From positions 64,001 to 128,000 of the forward strand of contig JBGARZ010000025.1 of the NCBI GenBank assembly GCA_044229975.1: DNA of 64,000 nt, in the 5' to 3' direction. The notes below the pieces were generated by a model, which saw only the letters and a list, made by a program, of their open reading frames with translations, had not been told where the DNA came from and ran no database searches. Shown one piece after another: positions 29,327 to 37,121 of this stretch; positions within the stretch are counted from its first letter, which is position 1, and every line of letters starts with the position of its first letter. Source of the DNA: Polyangiales bacterium. GTDB lineage: Bacteria > Myxococcota_A > Polyangia > Polyangiales > Ga0077539. Position numbers and translations under genes: made by a program.

Positions 29327-30358
29327 TCAGGGGCCGACGAGGAGCGCGGCGGCGCGTTCTGAGGCGCGATGAAGGGTGTCGAGCGGGAGGGTGCCCGCGT
29401 GATGTGGGAGGACCAGCACGACCGCGAGGAGCGCGAACGCAGGGCGGAGTGATGGTGGCGGCGTTGCAGGTCGCGGACGCCGATCGGCATAGGAGAGCAG
29501 AAGCCCCACACGCAACTTGATCGCCTCCGCGTGGGCTGCGCCGAGCGCTGGCTGGGGCGAGGGCGAAGGAGGGCGTGCGGCCGAGATGAGGGCTTGCGCG
29601 AGGGCAGGTGCCGAAGCGCCGGAGACCACCGCCGCGCGGTCGCAGTGGAGCTCGCGGGCCAGCACCCAGCGGGCGAGTTCGTCCCCGAGCATTGCGCGCC
29701 CGAGGGGGTTCACGGCCAGCGCCCATCGTGCCGCGAAGTAGCGGAGCGGGTCCTGGTCGCGGAGGTGTTCGAGCTCGTGGTGCAGGGCCGCGCAGAGCGC
29801 TTCGTCGTCGAGAGCGCGCGCGAAGTCCGTCCGCAGCACCACGCGAGGGACGACGACGCCCAGGGTCGCGATCGGGTCTGCACAGGCGTCCTCCACCATC
29901 ACGAGATCGCGGAGTGGGTGGAGCGCTGGGTGGCGGACGATCAGGGCCTCAACGCGGAGGCGCTGGAGCGCGGAGCCCTCGCTCGGTGTCGGCGACCGCC
30001 ATGATCTCCGCTCTCGGAGGATGCTTGGCACCGCGAGGGCAGTAGTCAGCGCCGACAGAACGAGCGCGAAGCTGATGGCCTCCAGGTTGAACCCGCCGGG
30101 AGCGGCATGTGCGGCGCAGATGAACAAGCGCTCGCCCGGCTCGGCCTGGTGGAGGCTCGCAGAGAGGAACCAGGCCAGCGGAGCCACGCTCGACGCCACG
30201 ATGATCGCGTATCGCAGGGACGATTGCCGAGGGAGACCCGCGGCGGGTTCAAGTCGGTCGAGCACGGCAAGCAGCGTCTTGGCGGTCAGCGCGGAGGCCG
30301 GGAGCGCGAACAGCACGACCAGCACTGGTCCCAGCAACGGGAAGATCGCCTCGTTCAC
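29327..30358 (-). CDS. M56 (BlaR1-like) membrane metallopeptidase
   Basis: HELEH..DQDP, ELHCD, LAQALI. Confidence 0.82.
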   Translation of the reverse strand: MNEAIFPLLGPVLVVLFALPASALTAKTLLAVLDRLEPAAGLPRQSSLRYAIIVASSVAPLAWFLSASLHQAEPGERLFICAAHAAPGGFNLEAISFALVLSALTTALAVPSILRERRSWRSPTPSEGSALQRLRVEALIVRHPALHPLRDLVMVEDACADPIATLGVVVPRVVLRTDFARALDDEALCAALHHELEHLRDQDPLRYFAARWALAVNPLGRAMLGDELARWVLARELHCDRAAVVSGASAPALAQALISAARPPSPSPQPALGAAHAEAIKLRVGLLLSYADRRPRPATPPPSLRPAFALLAVVLVLPHHAGTLPLDTLHRASERAAALLVGP

Positions 30359-30777
30359 GAACCGAGTTCCTTGCGGCGCAACTGGATCAGTCGTTCAAGC
30401 TCGTCCAACGCCGCGGAGTCCGCCGAGGAGACAGTCTCGACAAGGAGCGCCAGCGACTCTCGGCCCGCCGGCGCGCCGAGGCTCTCGAAGACCTCGCGCG
30501 CCGTGGATTGGAGGAACTCCTCCCGATCACCGCAGGTCGAGTAGAGGTAGCGCTTGCCGTCGCGCTCGCGGGTGAGGAGGCCCTTCTCGTGCAGCCGCAC
30601 AAGCGTCGTCATCACGGTCGTGTAGGCAACCTCGCGGCGCGTTTCGAGCACGACGAGGACGTCGCTGACCGCGAAGCGCCGCAGCTTGCGCGACCACACG
30701 ATGTCCATGATCTCCGCCTCGAAGTCGTGGAGACGGATCGCGACACCGGTCTGCCCTGGCCGTAGGCGAAAGGTCAT
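30355..30777 (-). CDS. BlaI/MecI/CopY-family repressor
   Basis: EAEIMDIVW...AYTTVMTTLVRLHEKGLLTR..GKRYLY. Confidence 0.92.
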   Translation of the reverse strand: MTFRLRPGQTGVAIRLHDFEAEIMDIVWSRKLRRFAVSDVLVVLETRREVAYTTVMTTLVRLHEKGLLTRERDGKRYLYSTCGDREEFLQSTAREVFESLGAPAGRESLALLVETVSSADSAALDELERLIQLRRKELGS

Positions 30778-30789
30778 GCTCGGAACGGA

Positions 30790-30810
30790 TCTACTATGGT
30801 GAGTAGTAGA
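30790..30810. promoter_or_regulatory. Putative BlaI operator
   Basis: TCTACTA-N7-TAGTAGA perfect 7-bp inverted repeat about 12 bp upstream of blaI. Confidence 0.65.
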
Positions 30811-30853
30811 CTGCAACGTCGGCTGCGCGACGCGAGGTGTCCGCTCACTCCGA

Positions 30854-31435
30854 TCACGTAGCGACGCGTGCCCGCGTCCAGACCCACGCCCCTGCGCTCA
30901 CCACCATGGCGCCGCCAAGGAGCCCGGCGAACATACCCAGGGCCTCGCCCAGGAACAGCCCGCTGCACCGCACCGACCCGATCGACACCACGCCAAGCAG
31001 CATCCCGACCCCGGCGCGCGCTCGCTGCCCTGCGTCGCCGCGACGCGGGAGGAGCGCCGCGAGCACCACGCCGAGCGCGACGCCGGCGAGGGCGCAGGTG
31101 CCGGGTCGGGCGCAGCAGTTCTCGCAGACCATCATCCCCGGCGCGCAGCATGGGCGGAGCAGGGACATCGGGAGCAGGAGCGTCGCGAGGCCGCCGAGCA
31201 GGCCCACCTGCGCGCCCCGCAACCACCACCCCCGCCGCCACCCCAGGAAGGTCCAGGCGAGGACGAGGGGTATCAACGTCAGGGGTTGCAGTGCGACGCC
31301 CGTCACGCGCGCCGCGAGAGCCGCGAGCACGAGTACGACGAGCGCGCGCACGAGGCCGTCCCGCGCGAGGCCCCACTCGTAAGCCCGGCGGGCGCGGGCT
31401 TCGAGGGACGACGGGGCGGTCGGATCAGGGGTCAT
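30854..31435 (-). CDS. Multi-TM putative anti-sigma factor with Cys cluster
   Basis: Overlaps the ECF stop; about 6 TM; PCCAPGMMVCENCC..C loop. Confidence 0.65.
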   Translation of the reverse strand: MTPDPTAPSSLEARARRAYEWGLARDGLVRALVVLVLAALAARVTGVALQPLTLIPLVLAWTFLGWRRGWWLRGAQVGLLGGLATLLLPMSLLRPCCAPGMMVCENCCARPGTCALAGVALGVVLAALLPRRGDAGQRARAGVGMLLGVVSIGSVRCSGLFLGEALGMFAGLLGGAMVVSAGAWVWTRARVAT

Positions 31436-31961
31436 GGTCACCTCCCAGGAGGGCGCGGATTCGTGCGTAGGCGCGAGACAGTCGCTTGCGGTACGTGGCG
31501 GGAGCGATCGGCGGAGGAGCCGCCTCCCCGAGGAGGACGGCGACGGCCTCGGCCGATGTCGGGTCGAGCGCGTCCACGCATTGCTGGAGCGCCCGGCGCA
31601 GTTCGTGGTCGGCGAGCGCGTCGTCCGCCTGGGCTTCCGCGTTCGGGTGGTGCTCCGGCACGGCGCTCTCGACGGTGCGGGTGCGGCGGAGCTCAGCACG
31701 GACCTCGTTGGCCACCACGGCGTAGAACCAGGGCAACACCGGGCGGCCGGGGGTGAAGGCGGTGGCGCGGGTGAAGAGCTTGAGCATGGCGGCCTGTGCG
31801 ACCTCATCAGCGCGTGCGGGCTCCAAGCGTCGACCGGCCGCCCGGAGAGCGCGCGGGTGGAGCGCGCGGAACAGGGGCGTGAACGCTCCGCGCTCGCCCT
31901 CGCAAAGGCGGACCATCAGGTCGTCGAGCTCGGCCTCCGAGGCTTCGCGGGGCGGAGGCAC
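31425..31961 (-). CDS. ECF sigma factor
   Basis: sigma2 (ADEVAQAAMLK..F..PW..AVVANE) and short sigma4 (ATYRKRLSRA). Confidence 0.85.
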   Translation of the reverse strand: MPPPREASEAELDDLMVRLCEGERGAFTPLFRALHPRALRAAGRRLEPARADEVAQAAMLKLFTRATAFTPGRPVLPWFYAVVANEVRAELRRTRTVESAVPEHHPNAEAQADDALADHELRRALQQCVDALDPTSAEAVAVLLGEAAPPPIAPATYRKRLSRAYARIRALLGGDHDP

Positions 31962-31973
31962 GCGGGCGTCGGG

Positions 31974-32156
31974 TCAGCCTGCGCGGTGGCGGCCCTGGCA
32001 GCAGGGCGAGCCGGGGTGGCAGCAGGGCGAGCCGGGGTAGCAGCAGTCGCTGGCGCCCCGGGCGGCGCGAACGGCGACAACCGTCGCCCCGAGGCCCGTG
32101 GTGAGGGAGAGAGCCCCGAGGATCATGAGGGTCCGGGGAGAGAGCAGCTTCATCAT
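31974..32156 (-). CDS. Small exported peptide with CCxPGSP repeats
   Basis: RBS AGGAGG; signal-like N-terminus; DCCYPGSPCCHPGSPCCQG. Confidence 0.75.
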   Translation of the reverse strand: MMKLLSPRTLMILGALSLTTGLGATVVAVRAARGASDCCYPGSPCCHPGSPCCQGRHRAG

Positions 32157-32180
32157 GGGTAGAGACCTCCTGTCCCCCTG

Positions 32181-32207
32181 CTAGCCGTTCGGGCGGCGGC
32201 CGTGACC
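32181..32207 (-). promoter_or_regulatory. Putative ECF promoter GGTCAC-N17-CTAG
   Basis: Identical motif and spacing at 42662-42688 (-) and 43087-43113 (+). Confidence 0.65.
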
Positions 32208-32247
32208 GACAAAGTGTCGCGCGGGCTGTTTCGGGCGTCGTGGTCGC

Positions 32248-32835
32248 CTACGTCGCCGGGGCGCAGGTGCAGTCGGCGCACCCGTCGTCCGCGCAGGACC
32301 CGCAGCAGGCCTGCACCCGCGCGCGGAGCGCCTCACGCGCCCGGAAGACCCGCACCGCGGCGTTGTTCGCGGTGATGCCCTCGGCCTCGGCGAAGTCCTT
32401 CACGCTCTGCCCCTCGACGGTCACCTGCCGGAGCGCCGCCGCGTACTCGGGCTTCATTGCGTCCGCCAGCCGCCCCACGCACGCGCAGGTGGTCGGCGCG
32501 AGGGCCGCCGGTGGCGGCGCCTCCGGCTCGTCCAGCTCCGCGGCCAGGGCGTCGAGCGCGCGGCCGTGGCTCGCGTCCCGGCGCCGACGGTCGATCACCG
32601 CGTTGCGCAGGATCCGGTAGAACCACGCGCGCGACGACTCGTCCTGCCGGAGCGAGGCGCCGTGGGTCACGCTGCGGGCGTAGGCGTCCTGGAGGATGTC
32701 CTCGGCCGCGGCGCGGTCGCCGAGGCGGCGCTCCAGGAAGGCGAGGAAGCTCGCGCGCGCGGCGAGCAGCGACTCGGTGACGTGGGCGTCCACGGGCCGG
32801 AGTCTAGCGCCGGCGGCGGGTACGGAGGGGGTCAC
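32248..32835 (-). CDS. CorE-like metal-responsive ECF sigma factor
   Basis: AEDILQD, WFYRILRN; CxC (CAC) between sigma2 and sigma4; C-terminal CCGSCADDGCADCTC; overlaps the copA stop. Confidence 0.85.
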   Translation of the reverse strand: MTPSVPAAGARLRPVDAHVTESLLAARASFLAFLERRLGDRAAAEDILQDAYARSVTHGASLRQDESSRAWFYRILRNAVIDRRRRDASHGRALDALAAELDEPEAPPPAALAPTTCACVGRLADAMKPEYAAALRQVTVEGQSVKDFAEAEGITANNAAVRVFRAREALRARVQACCGSCADDGCADCTCAPAT

Positions 32836-35183
32836 GGCGTCCACCGCCGCAGCCGAAGTGAGTTGAGCAGCACCGAGACGCTCGACAGCGACATCGCCGC
32901 GCTCGCGAAGACCGGCGAGAGCGACCAGCCCGTGACGGGTTCGAGTAGCCCCGCCGCGAGGGGGATGCCCACGAGGTTGTAGACGAAGGCCCAGAAGAGG
33001 TTCTGTCGGATCGTGCGCAGCGTGGCCCGCGCGAGCGCGAGCGCTGTCGGCACCGCCCCGACGCCGCCCCGCAGGATCGTCACGTCCGCGGCGGCCGCCG
33101 CGACGTCCGCGCCGCCGCCCATCGCCACGCCGAGGTCGGCCGCGGCCAACGCGGGCGCGTCGTTCACGCCGTCGCCCACCATCGCCACGTTGTGCCCCGC
33201 CGCGCGCAGCCGCGCCACCAGCACGGCCTTCTCCTCGGGGCGCACTTCCGCATGCACCTCGCCCACGCCCGCGGCGCGCGCGACCGTCAGCGCCGTCGCC
33301 CGCCGGTCGCCCGTCGCCATCGCCACGGAAACGCCCATCGCCGTCAACGCGGCCACGGTCGCGGCGGCCTCGGGGCGCACCGTGTCGGCCACCGTCACGA
33401 GGCCCGCGAGGGCGCCGTCGATGGCCACGAACACGGGCGTCTCACCCCGGCCCGCGGCCGCGGCTGCGGCGGGCTCCAGCGCGTCGGCGGCGACCCCCTG
33501 CGACGCCAGCCAGCGGGCCGTGCCGACAGACACGAGAGACGCGCCGACGCGCGACCGCACGCCCCCTCCAGGGGTCGCCGTGAAGTCCGTCGCGGTGACG
33601 GCTGTCAGGCCCTGCGCGGCGGCGCCCGCGACGATGGCGCGCGCCACGGGGTGTTCGCTCCCCGCCTCTGCGGCGGCCGCCAGCGCGAGCAGCTCGTCGT
33701 CGCGGCGGCCGCCTACGGGGAGTACCCGCGCGAGGGCCATCCGGCCCAGCGTGAGGGTGCCCGTCTTGTCGAAGAGCACCTGATCGATCTTCGAGGCGCG
33801 CTCCAGGGCCTCGCCGCCCTTCACCAGCAGCCCGAGGGCGGCCGCGCGGCTCGTGCCCACGGCGACGGCCGCGGGCGTGGCGAGCCCGAGCGCGCAGGGG
33901 CAGGCGATCACCAGCACGGCGACGGCCGCGGGCGTGGCGAGCCCGAGCGCGCAGGGGCAGGCGATCACCAGCACCGCGACGAAGTGCTCGACCGCGGCGG
34001 CCAGTCCGTCGGACCCGCGCGGGAGCACCATCCACGCGGCGAAGGTGAGTCCGGCGAACGCGACCACCGTCGGCACGAACACCGCGCTCACCCGATCGGC
34101 GAGGCGGGCGATGGGTGCGCGCGTGCCCTGAGCTTCGGAGACGGCGTCCACGATGCGCGCGACGGCCGACTCGGTGCCCCGGCGCGTCACCTCGATCACG
34201 AGGCTGCCGCCCTCGACCAGCGTCCCGCCCTGCACGGGGTCGCCGGAGCCGCGCTCCACGGGCACGCTCTCGCCCGTGAGCATCGACTCGTCCACAGCGG
34301 CCTGACCCTCCACGACCGTCCCGTCGGTCGGGACGCGCTGCCCGGGTCGCACGCGTACCCGGTCGCCCGGGAGCAGGGAGCCCACCGTCACCTCGATCTC
34401 GGCCCCGCCCCGCAGGCGCGTCGCGCTCGGCGGCTGGAGGGCCACGAGGCCGCGCACCGCGTCCCCGAGGCGCCGACGCGCGCGCCGCTCCAGGGCCTTG
34501 CCCAGCAGCATGAACGCGACGATCGCCCCGGCCGCCTCGAAGTACACCGGGACGTGGCCGTGCTCGCCGTGCGGGAGCAGGCGCGGCACGAAGGTCACCG
34601 CCGCCGACCAGCCCCAGGCGGTGAGGGCGCCGAGCGCGACGAGGACGTTCATGTCGGCGCTCCGGTGGCGCAGCGCCGCGACCGCGAGGCGGAGGAAGCG
34701 GCGGCCGGGGCCGAAGACCACCGCCGTCGCCAGTGCGAGCTGGAGGTAGCGCCCGGCGGCGCCCGCGGTCCCCGGGATCGCGCCGTGCGACATCCCGACG
34801 ACCAGGAGCGGCACAGCCAGGGCCGCAGCCACGATCAGGTCGCGCCGGTCGCGGCGGGCGTCGGCTTCTTCGGCGGCGTCGATGCGTGCGAGTCGGGTCG
34901 CGCCATCGGGCGGGGCCTCGCCCGCCGCGGGCACGTCGGGGACCTCGTAGCCCGCCCCGCGAATCGCCTCGGCGAGGGCCTCCGGGGCCGTCGCGGTGGG
35001 GTCGTAGTCGATCGTCGCGTGTTGGCTGGCGAGGTTCACCCGCGCGTCGAGCACGCCCGGGGCGCGCCCGAGCACGCGCTCGATGCGGCCGACGCAGGCC
35101 GCGCAGGTCATGCCGAGCACCGCGAACTGCACGCGCGTCGGGTCGGCGGGAAGGGACAGGGGGTTCGCGAGCGAGGATGTCAT
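32832..35183 (-). CDS. copA: Cu(I)-translocating P1B-type ATPase with duplicated CPC helix
   Basis: GMTCAAC, TGES, CPC, DKTGT, SEHP, GDGVND, YN..MSLSS. Confidence 0.93.
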   Translation of the reverse strand: MTSSLANPLSLPADPTRVQFAVLGMTCAACVGRIERVLGRAPGVLDARVNLASQHATIDYDPTATAPEALAEAIRGAGYEVPDVPAAGEAPPDGATRLARIDAAEEADARRDRRDLIVAAALAVPLLVVGMSHGAIPGTAGAAGRYLQLALATAVVFGPGRRFLRLAVAALRHRSADMNVLVALGALTAWGWSAAVTFVPRLLPHGEHGHVPVYFEAAGAIVAFMLLGKALERRARRRLGDAVRGLVALQPPSATRLRGGAEIEVTVGSLLPGDRVRVRPGQRVPTDGTVVEGQAAVDESMLTGESVPVERGSGDPVQGGTLVEGGSLVIEVTRRGTESAVARIVDAVSEAQGTRAPIARLADRVSAVFVPTVVAFAGLTFAAWMVLPRGSDGLAAAVEHFVAVLVIACPCALGLATPAAVAVLVIACPCALGLATPAAVAVGTSRAAALGLLVKGGEALERASKIDQVLFDKTGTLTLGRMALARVLPVGGRRDDELLALAAAAEAGSEHPVARAIVAGAAAQGLTAVTATDFTATPGGGVRSRVGASLVSVGTARWLASQGVAADALEPAAAAAAGRGETPVFVAIDGALAGLVTVADTVRPEAAATVAALTAMGVSVAMATGDRRATALTVARAAGVGEVHAEVRPEEKAVLVARLRAAGHNVAMVGDGVNDAPALAAADLGVAMGGGADVAAAAADVTILRGGVGAVPTALALARATLRTIRQNLFWAFVYNLVGIPLAAGLLEPVTGWSLSPVFASAAMSLSSVSVLLNSLRLRRWTP
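33858..33974. repeat. Perfect 57-bp tandem duplication inside copA
   Basis: Units 33858-33914 and 33915-33971 are identical; encode VLVIACPCALGLATPAAVA twice. Confidence 0.95.
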
Positions 35184-35210
35184 GGGATTCGGCTCCGGTT
35201 CGATCGGGCC

Positions 35211-35237
35211 GACGCAGCAGGGCGGGCTGGATTACAG
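35211..35237 (-). promoter_or_regulatory. Putative ECF promoter CTGTAA-N16-GCGTC upstream of copA
   Basis: Same motif and spacing at 36458-36484 and 36818-36844. Confidence 0.65.
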
Positions 35238-35282
35238 TCGTCGTTCGTCGAGGGCGCGCGGTGCAAAGCTGATGGCAGCAGC

Positions 35283-35825
35283 TCAGTGCGCGGCGCCGTG
35301 GGTCGGCGGCGCCGTCGAAGTGAGGCGCCGCCACGTGGGCTCGTCAACGACCTGCTGGCGCCACGCGGCGTGGCAAGAGGTGCAGGTGCGGAGGGTGGCG
35401 CCGAGCTCGGTCACGACCCGCGCGCGGTCCCGCTCGCGGGCCGCGACGCCGATGCGATCGGCCGTGTGGTGGAAGTTGAGCGCCTGCTCGGTAAAGCCCG
35501 GCGCGCCTGCCCCCATGTGGCTGCACTTCCGGCCCATCTGCTCGGAGTAGCCGAGCTGGGCCGCCGCCCGCTCGATCGCGGGGAAGTCTTCGACGGCAAG
35601 CGCCGCAACGATCTCCTGCACGGCGACGAGGTGACCCCGCATGTTCTGCTTCTGGTGGTTGGCCATCATTGGCAGCAGGGGAACGGCGTTGCGAGTGTCG
35701 AGGCGATCGAGCGCCTGCTGCGCCGACGGCTCGACCGGCGCGGCGGGCGCCGCGGCTCGAAGCCCCTCGGGCGCGCAGCCGGCGGCGGCGAGTGCGGCGG
35801 CAAGCAGCAGGATCGTGCGGGTCAC
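35283..35825 (-). CDS. Cytochrome c'-like lipoprotein
   Basis: Lipobox AAGC; helical body; C-terminal CTSCH. Confidence 0.75.
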   Translation of the reverse strand: MTRTILLLAAALAAAGCAPEGLRAAAPAAPVEPSAQQALDRLDTRNAVPLLPMMANHQKQNMRGHLVAVQEIVAALAVEDFPAIERAAAQLGYSEQMGRKCSHMGAGAPGFTEQALNFHHTADRIGVAARERDRARVVTELGATLRTCTSCHAAWRQQVVDEPTWRRLTSTAPPTHGAAH

Positions 35826-36289
35826 TCTGTTTCCCCTTCGCCCTCGGAGGCCACAGTGGCAGGCAGCGCGTCGAGGGCGGCGACGAGGTGCCCCAGGGCC
35901 TCGACGACCTGATCACGCCGTCCCTTGGGCACGGCAGCGAGCAACGCGCTGAACCGCGCGCCGCTGGCGACCTCGACCTCCCTCGCGAGAGTCTGACCGC
36001 GCTTCGTCAGGGTCACCCTCCGGCTGCGGGCGTCGTTCGCGTCCGCGTGCTGCCTGACATGGCCCGCCTCCACCATCTTCGCGCAGAGGCGGGCGACATT
36101 GCTCTTGTCGATGCAGAGCTCAGCGCCGAGGTCGCGCTGCGACACTTCGCCCTTCGAGAGCAGCACCATCAGCGCGTGCGCGTGCGCCACCGGCAGCGGC
36201 TTGCCGCACGGCGTCCGGTCGGTCGCGAGGGCGCCGAAGCGTCGAAACAACCGCTGCATGAGGCGGCGGAGCTCATCGGACTCCGCCAT
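35822..36289 (-). CDS. MarR-family regulator
   Basis: SQRDLGAEL.IDKSNVARL..KM..G.V...DARSRRVTLT..G; start uncertain. Confidence 0.88.
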   Translation of the reverse strand: MAESDELRRLMQRLFRRFGALATDRTPCGKPLPVAHAHALMVLLSKGEVSQRDLGAELCIDKSNVARLCAKMVEAGHVRQHADANDARSRRVTLTKRGQTLAREVEVASGARFSALLAAVPKGRRDQVVEALGHLVAALDALPATVASEGEGETE

Positions 36290-36330
36290 GTCAGGAGCCT
36301 TCGACATCGTGGCCGTGTCCGTAGTCGCAA

Positions 36331-36350
36331 ATGGTTGCGGTCGCAACTAT
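36331..36350. promoter_or_regulatory. Putative MarR operator
   Basis: ATGGTTGCG-GT-CGCAACTAT near-perfect palindrome upstream of marR. Confidence 0.6.
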
Positions 36351-36457
36351 ATCAGCACGGTCGTCTTCTCCCCTTGGGATGGCGAGCCTGTCGCAGCCAT
36401 GAGCTGGAGTTCCGTCATCGCCAACGCCCTCCGCCCGCGCCTGTGATGTCGATGCGG

Positions 36458-36484
36458 CTGTAAGGCGAGGAGGGGGACTGCGTC
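36458..36484 (+). promoter_or_regulatory. Putative ECF promoter CTGTAA-N16-GCGTC upstream of copZ
   Basis: One of three identical motifs. Confidence 0.65.
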
Positions 36485-36532
36485 TGCCTTGGTGCGAGCC
36501 GAAGCAACGCGGCCCGCAGGAGCGACGAAGCC

Positions 36533-36757
36533 ATGAACCCCACCGAGACCCTGCTCGACGTCCGCGGCATGAACTGCGGGTCGTGCGTCCGCCACATCTC
36601 CGAGGCCCTCGACGCGCTCGACGGCGTCGAGGAGGTCTGCCCCTCGCTGCCCGACAAGACCGTTCTCGTCCGGCACGACCCGGCGCGGGTGAGCGCCGAG
36701 CAGCTCGCCGACGCGCTCACCGCCCGGGGCTACCCCGCCGCCGCGCGTGCCGCGTGA
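36533..36757 (+). CDS. copZ: HMA copper chaperone
   Basis: GMNCGSC...GY. Confidence 0.88.
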   Translation: MNPTETLLDVRGMNCGSCVRHISEALDALDGVEEVCPSLPDKTVLVRHDPARVSAEQLADALTARGYPAAARAA

Positions 36758-36767
36758 ATCGACTCCG

Positions 36768-36814
36768 ACCGGGTCACAGGTCGGCCGCCCGGCCCTAAGA
36801 GCCTGTGACCCGGT
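36768..36814. repeat. 13-bp perfect inverted repeat downstream of copZ
   Basis: ACCGGGTCACAGG-N21-CCTGTGACCCGGT. Confidence 0.8.
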
Positions 36815-36817
36815 TCG

Positions 36818-36844
36818 CTGTAATCCCCACCCACCACGCGCGTC
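36818..36844 (+). promoter_or_regulatory. Putative ECF promoter CTGTAA-N16-GCGTC upstream of the lipoprotein-tolC-oxidase operon
   Basis: One of three identical motifs. Confidence 0.65.
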
Positions 36845-36860
36845 TGCCGCCACGAAGCCC

Positions 36861-37121
36861 ATGAACCTCTTGATCCCACGCGTTCTCATCCTGGTCGGTG
36901 TGACCGCCCTCCCGCTCGGGTGCGGAGGACGCGAGGTGCCTGTGCGCTTCGGCGAGCAGTCCGCCCTCTCGTCGGGCGCTCGTGAGGCGCCGGTCGCTGA
37001 CCCCACGGTGGCCCTCGCGGGCGACCCGCCCCTCCCGGGCGAGCCCACCGGGGCCTGGTCCGGCCTCGCGGCGGACGCGGGCGCCCCCCCTACCGGAGGA
37101 GGCCACGTCCATGCGCACTGA
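36861..37121 (+). CDS. Small lipoprotein with His tail
   Basis: Lipobox PLGC; ends GGGHVHAH; overlaps the next gene. Confidence 0.65.
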   Translation: MNLLIPRVLILVGVTALPLGCGGREVPVRFGEQSALSSGAREAPVADPTVALAGDPPLPGEPTGAWSGLAADAGAPPTGGGHVHAH

